A stretch of DNA of 64,000 bases. It comes from Vulcanimicrobiota bacterium (GTDB taxonomy: Bacteria > Vulcanimicrobiota > Vulcanimicrobiia > Vulcanimicrobiales > Vulcanimicrobiaceae). Each line of letters opens with the position of its first letter. The stretch's first letter is position 1. Position numbers and translations under genes: made by a program. Location of the stretch: contig CAWCIZ010000004.1 in assembly GCA_963795855.1 (NCBI GenBank), positions 64,001-128,000 on the forward strand, given 5' to 3'. Below are positions 59,063 to 64,000 of this stretch, piece by piece. Under the pieces are notes generated by a model, which was not told the DNA's origin, made no database searches, and saw only the letters and a list, made by a program, of their open reading frames with translations.

Positions 59063-61506
59063 ATGCGACCCAGTTACGACGCACAGCATAACGAGTATTG
59101 CGCGTACGTCTTACCGGAGGCGCAAACGCCCTACGGTCTGCTCCTCGGCAATTTCAAATCCTTCGCGCAGTCGACCGCAAAAGGCGGAATTCGCGGCCTG
59201 TGGGACGCGGACACCGACCAGATCATTTTCGGCACGCACCAAATCGCGTACCGGCTGCGCGCTCTCAAGCAGACGGTGTTTCCGCATCAGATCACGCGCG
59301 AGTTCACGTTTCTGCCCTACGCGCAGATCTCGGAATTCACGCTGGCCGATCGACTGCACGTGACCGAGGCATTTTACGTGCCGCATGGACCTCGGCACGA
59401 ACGTGTCGTCAGCTTTGTCGTCGACGTGACGCTCTACAATCCGGGCGGCGAACCGGCCAACGTCGCGGTGTTTCCATGGGCTCTTCTCGTCGGACAGCGG
59501 TTTTACGGCGAGCCGGAACACGAAGTGCGCGCGCTCGTGCAAGGCGATTACATCTGCTCGAAAAACCAGCAGACCGGCGCGCAGCGCTGGTGGGGCGGCT
59601 CGCGGCAGCCGCACGCGGCGATCGTCGGCTTGCGCGAACAGGTCATGCTTCACCACATGAGCGCAGGCTCGCTGCGTCCCGAGGAGCATCTGGACGAAGT
59701 GACCCCGCAACTCGCGGAGTGTGTGAGCCGCCGGATTTTCGGAGCGCTCGAGTACCGCATCAACGTCGCTGCCGGCGCACGCGAATCGCTGCGGCTGGCG
59801 GTTGTGTTTCACAAAGACGGCGAAGAAAAGTCGCGGCCGGTGCTCGAGCAGCTGCTGGGCGATCCGAAAGCGCTGCACGAAACGCAGCGCTACTTCGCCT
59901 GTAAACTCGCCGACGCCAGATTCATGGCGCCCTCTCCGGCGATCAGCCGCGGGGTAGTGTGGGCGAAAGCCAACATGCTGCGCATCGTCAAGGAGTATCC
60001 CAACGGCTGGGGTTCGACGAACTCTCCGCCGTCGGACATTCTCGTGTCGCGCGACACGTCGTGGTTCGTGCACGGGTTCGATTATTTTTTGCCGCAGTTC
60101 AGCCGCGACGCGATCGAGGTGTTCAACAAATTCACGGAAGAGACCGGCGAGATGATCGAGTACGTGCGCGGCGTCAGCGGCTTCAAGACCTCGTACGATT
60201 TGAACATCAACGACGATACGCCGCTCCATCTCATCGCGATGCTCCATCACTACAACGCGACGCTTGACGATCAGTGGGTCCGCGATCGCTTCCCGCTGAT
60301 TTGCAAAATCGCCGACTACATGCTCACGCAGCGCGACAAGAACGGCCTGCTGTTCTGCCGCGCGAACGGCGTGGACATGTTCGGCATCAGTTCGTGGCGC
60401 AACATCATTCCGTATTATACGCTGGACGGCGCGGTGACGGAAATCAATGCGGAAGGCGTTTTCGCGCTCGAGTCGGCGGCGATGCTCGCGGCCGTAGTCG
60501 GCGACAACGAGCGCTGGCACCGTTATTCCTCGGAGGCGCAGACGATGCGCCAAGCGATGATGCAGTATCTCTTCAACAGCGACACCGGCGCATTCGTGCT
60601 CAACTACGACCAGGAGCAGAACTACCAGGACAACTTTACCGCCGACGAAGTCTTTCCGGTGCTGTTCAACGTCGCCGACGCCGCCCAGCGGCGCAAAATT
60701 CTCGATCGTCTGTGCGAGACGGACTTTACGACGCCGGTGGGTTTGCGGACGATTTCAACGGCCGATTCGTGGTATTTTCCCTCGCACGGGTTCGGATTGC
60801 TCGGCGGCGTTTGGCCGGATTTGACGCTGTGGTTCGTGATGTGTCTCGCCCGCAACGGCAACACCGATGCGGCGGTGCACTGGTTGGAAGCAGTTTACGA
60901 CACGATGGAAGCGGGAGCCGTCCGAAACACCGTTCCCGGCGAGTTCGGCGAATGGTTCGACGGCGGATCGCTTACGAATCGCGGTATGTATCTCTCGCCC
61001 TGGACCGGCGCAAAGTATCTGTGGGCCGCGGCCGAAACCATCGGCGGACTCGACGGTTACCGCACGAGCGGACGACCGCATCTGGTGCCGCTCAAGCCGC
61101 ATGGCTGGAAATGGGTGGCAGCCGCGCGCGTGCACTGGGGCGGGAACTCTGCACGTACGTCATCGACTTCGAGCGGCATTCCATCTACGGGAACATGCGC
61201 GAACTCTCGGCGGAGGAGCCCTTCGTGTGCATGTACGCGGGACTCGACGTAAGCGACGAAGTGACGACCTCACCCGTCGAAGTTGCCGCCGTTGCCTTCG
61301 AGGACGAGGAGGGCGCGGTGCGCGTTTTCGTTTGCAACTTGAACGATCAGGCGCGAAACGTCTCCGTGGATTTTCGAGGCGTCACCAAACGCGTAGCGCT
61401 CGAGCCGGGAGAACTGCACGAACTCCATTTGGTCGGGAAGCCGGCGGAGCGGCAAGCGCGCGCCGCCGCGCGCGACGTCGCGCCACGCAGGCTCGAAACC
61501 GTGTAA
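59063..61506 (+). CDS. Cytoplasmic (alpha/alpha)6 glycoside hydrolase, amylo-1,6-glucosidase/GH63-like (frameshift near 61148)
   Basis: SRD, D.TP, F..P.GLRT.S, G.VWP, EWFDG pattern of six-hairpin glycosidases. Confidence 0.7.
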
Positions 61507-61526
61507 CCCCTAACTCGTAGCATCCC

Positions 61527-61991
61527 GTGCTCGATTCATCCAAGCGGTTCATTACGATCATCCTTGCGCTCGGCATCCTCGTGCTCGTAGTGGGTATCGC
61601 TTTGGGCGAGCGGGCTGGCGATCGCGTTATCGGACAGGTCACGGAAAAGCGTCTGGAGAGCATTGCGCCCGTTACCGTCTCGGCGGCGCCTAAGAAGAAG
61701 AGCGCGGCCTCGTACGGGCCGGACTGGAAACGCACCGACGTGATGGCCGCGGCCTCGGATCCCGGATTCCCGGACCCGCGCGTGCCTCCGGCGGTGCTGC
61801 CGACGCCCACGCCGATTCCGAAATTCGCCATGCCCCCAACCCCCGAGCCGACCGCAACCCCTTCGCCGAATATGAACGTGCCGATTTGGCGCCGCGCCGC
61901 GCCCATGCCGACGCCGACACCGGTGGAGACCGGCTCTCCTGTCCCCGAGGGGAGCGCCTCGCCGACCCCTACGGCATCCCCATCCGATTGA
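61527..61991 (+). CDS. Membrane-anchored proline-rich hypothetical protein
   Basis: N-terminal TM helix, PTP-rich tail. Confidence 0.65.
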   Translation: MLDSSKRFITIILALGILVLVVGIALGERAGDRVIGQVTEKRLESIAPVTVSAAPKKKSAASYGPDWKRTDVMAAASDPGFPDPRVPPAVLPTPTPIPKFAMPPTPEPTATPSPNMNVPIWRRAAPMPTPTPVETGSPVPEGSASPTPTASPSD

Positions 61992-62031
61992 TCTCAATGT
62001 CTCCATTGGATATGGCTGATATGATGAGATC

Positions 62032-62928
62032 ATGACCGAGACAACCGGAACCGTTACCGTCAAGCGCGGGCTCGCGCAGATGCTCAAGGGCGGCGTCATC
62101 ATGGACGTCGTCACCCCCGAACAAGCCGCTATCGCGCAAGAAGCCGGCGCGGTCGCCGTCATGGCCCTCGAGCGCATTCCTGCGGACATCCGCGCCATGG
62201 GGGGCGTCGCGCGCATGAGCAATCTCGAGCTCGTACAGTCCATCATGGACGCCGTCACGATCCCGGTCATGGCCAAGGTTCGCATCGGCCATTTCGCGGA
62301 AGCGCAAGCGCTGCAGGCGCTCGGGGTCGATTTCATCGACGAGTCGGAAGTGCTTACGCCCGCAGACGACAAGTACCACGTCAACAAGCATCCGTACACG
62401 ACGCCGTTCGTTTGCGGTGCGCGAGATCTGGGTGAAGCCCTGCGCCGCATCGCCGAAGGCGCCGCGATGATCCGCAGTAAAGGCGAGGCCGGAAGCGGCA
62501 ACATCGTCGAGGCGGTGCGTCATATTCGCGCCATCAGCGACGCGATCAAAGAACTCTCCGTCGTACCGGAAGAAGAACTGGTTTCGCGCGCGCGAGATTT
62601 GGGCGCGCCGCTCGAACTGGTTCGAGAAGTCGCGAGCAACGGTAAGCTTCCGGTCGTGTTGTTCTGCGCAGGCGGCGTGTCGACGCCTGCAGACGCGGCG
62701 CTGATGATGCAACTCGGCGCCGAAGGCATTTTCGTCGGCAGCGGCATCTTCAAATCGAACAGTCCGAAAGCATTCGCCAAAGCGATCGTCGATGCGACCA
62801 CGCATTTCAGCGATCCGCAGGCGATAGTCGATGCGAGCAAATCGCTCGGCAAAGAATCGCAAGCGATGGAGGGCCTCGATCTGCGCAAACTGCCGGAATC
62901 GGAGATGCTCGCGCCTCGTGGCAACTGA
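62032..62928 (+). CDS. pdxS: Pyridoxal 5'-phosphate synthase lyase subunit
   Basis: [54 protein letters not shown]. Confidence 0.98.
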   Translation: MTETTGTVTVKRGLAQMLKGGVIMDVVTPEQAAIAQEAGAVAVMALERIPADIRAMGGVARMSNLELVQSIMDAVTIPVMAKVRIGHFAEAQALQALGVDFIDESEVLTPADDKYHVNKHPYTTPFVCGARDLGEALRRIAEGAAMIRSKGEAGSGNIVEAVRHIRAISDAIKELSVVPEEELVSRARDLGAPLELVREVASNGKLPVVLFCAGGVSTPADAALMMQLGAEGIFVGSGIFKSNSPKAFAKAIVDATTHFSDPQAIVDASKSLGKESQAMEGLDLRKLPESEMLAPRGN

Positions 62929-63553
62929 CGGCTCCGCCGAACGCCTGCGCATCGGCGTTCTCGCACTGCAGGGCGACGTCGCCGAGCACGCCGCGGCGCT
63001 GCATCGTGCGGGCGCTCGCGCTATTCCGGTAAAAAAACGCGCCGATCTCGACGGCGTCGACGGCCTCATCGTTCCCGGCGGCGAGTCTACGACCGTGATG
63101 AAATTACTCGATCGCTTTGCGCTTGCAGAGCCCATCGTGCGCCGCGTGCGCGCGGGAATGCCGCTTTGGGGCACGTGCATGGGCATGATCGTCATCGCAC
63201 GCGACGTCGTGGAACTCGCGCAGCCGTCGCTGGATTTGATCGACATATCGGTGAAGCGGAACGCTTTTGGACGGCAGAATGCGTCCGCCGAAGTCGATCT
63301 GCCCGTTGAATCGCTCGGCGATCCTGCGTTTCCGGCAGTCTTCATTCGCGCGCCGTGGATCGAGCGCGTCGGGCCGGGGGTCGAGCTGCTCGCGCAGCGC
63401 AACGGGCACGGCGTGATGGTGCGTCAGGGCAACGTTCTGGCCACGTCGTTTCATCCGGAGTTGACCGACGATCCTCGCGTGCACGCCTATTTTTTGCGAA
63501 TGGTGCGCGATTCGGACGAGAAGCACGTAGGGAAGCAGCGCAGCGTCGCGTAA
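62918..63553 (+). CDS. pdxT: PLP synthase glutaminase subunit
   Basis: GVLALQG, PGGEST, GTC.G.I, RNAFGRQ, FIRAP, FHPEL. Confidence 0.97.
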   Translation: MATDGSAERLRIGVLALQGDVAEHAAALHRAGARAIPVKKRADLDGVDGLIVPGGESTTVMKLLDRFALAEPIVRRVRAGMPLWGTCMGMIVIARDVVELAQPSLDLIDISVKRNAFGRQNASAEVDLPVESLGDPAFPAVFIRAPWIERVGPGVELLAQRNGHGVMVRQGNVLATSFHPELTDDPRVHAYFLRMVRDSDEKHVGKQRSVA

Positions 63554-63565
63554 GTCTTCAGCACT

Positions 63566-63856
63566 ATGAGTCCGCAGGCTCCCCCAGGGGAACCGCAAGC
63601 CGTCGAAGTGGACCAGATACCTCCGGTGGAGGCGCTGGTCACGGACGCGGTCGCCCGGCTCACGCTGGCCGCTCACGCCTACCTCGCCGGCGAGGAAGAC
63701 GAACAGGCGGATCTGCCCGCGGCCGAGATCGCGATCGACATCGCGAGCGCCGCTTACGAACGGGTGAAAGAAAGGCTGAGGCCGGCGGACCGGTTGGCAA
63801 TCACGCAATTGTTAACCGAAACGAGAATGACGTTTGTGCGAAAGCGAGGTTTGTGA
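63566..63856 (+). CDS. Small helical protein, DUF1844-like
   Basis: DL..A..AID...L...LL.E.RM.FV pattern. Confidence 0.55.
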   Translation: MSPQAPPGEPQAVEVDQIPPVEALVTDAVARLTLAAHAYLAGEEDEQADLPAAEIAIDIASAAYERVKERLRPADRLAITQLLTETRMTFVRKRGL

Positions 63857-63875
63857 TGCCTCGTTTTCATTTTTA
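63843..63875 (+). terminator. Possible intrinsic terminator
   Basis: CGAGG..CCTCG stem followed by TTTTCATTTTT. Confidence 0.45.
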
Positions 63876-63917
63876 TGAAAAAGGGGCGCCCCTGCGGCCC
63901 CGCCTGGAGGATGACGC

Positions 63918-64000
63918 TTGAGCGACGTTCTCGTCTTGAACTTCACCTACGAAGCGCTGAACATCACGAACTTTCAGCGCGCGGTGAAGCTCATCTTCGC
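63918..64000 (+). CDS. HNH endonuclease (McrA-like), N-terminus only
   Basis: GGAGG RBS; VLVLN.TYE.L.....RAV.L is the typical N-terminus; HNH motif lies outside the window. Confidence 0.7.
   Translation, partial: MSDVLVLNFTYEALNITNFQRAVKLIF

Noticed and set aside
61790..61985. CCGACGCC-type short repeats
   Set aside because: Explained by Pro-Thr-rich coding sequence

Overview
Mostly core chromosome of a high-GC diderm bacterium. Gene content and style suggest Ca. Eremiobacterota/Vulcanimicrobiota, but this is an unverified inference. Many genes, including housekeeping ones such as sufB and gcvPA, carry single-base indels that look like long-read consensus errors. Left to right: kup; a minus-strand run rplS-lepB x3-rbgA-rnhB-yraN-Ser/Thr kinase-APC permease-USP-LolA-like; a 14-kb plus-strand cluster lying between rplS and trmD (STAND/LuxR regulator, TonB-dependent receptor, VPS10-like propeller, FAD oxidoreductase, S9 peptidase, secreted cyanophycinase-like protein); rplU-prp without rpmA; an ABC exporter module; GT39; penicillin acylase; Rieske-sufB; speD-metalloprotease-speE; gcvTHPaPb; scpAB-nfo-dinB; a split AdnA/AddB-like nuclease plus helicase; ubiX, ispE, a glycoside hydrolase, pdxST and the start of an HNH gene. 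The most unusual signal is a family of ~103-108 bp structured intergenic repeats at 6.05-6.38 kb and 44.15-44.37 kb, with a degenerate copy at 42.5-42.68 kb. Each copy sits inside an operon, ends in CGGAGCGCCT..TAR just before the downstream ATG, and carries short ORFs that bridge the upstream stop codon to the downstream start codon. No tRNA, rRNA, CRISPR array or transposase was recognised.
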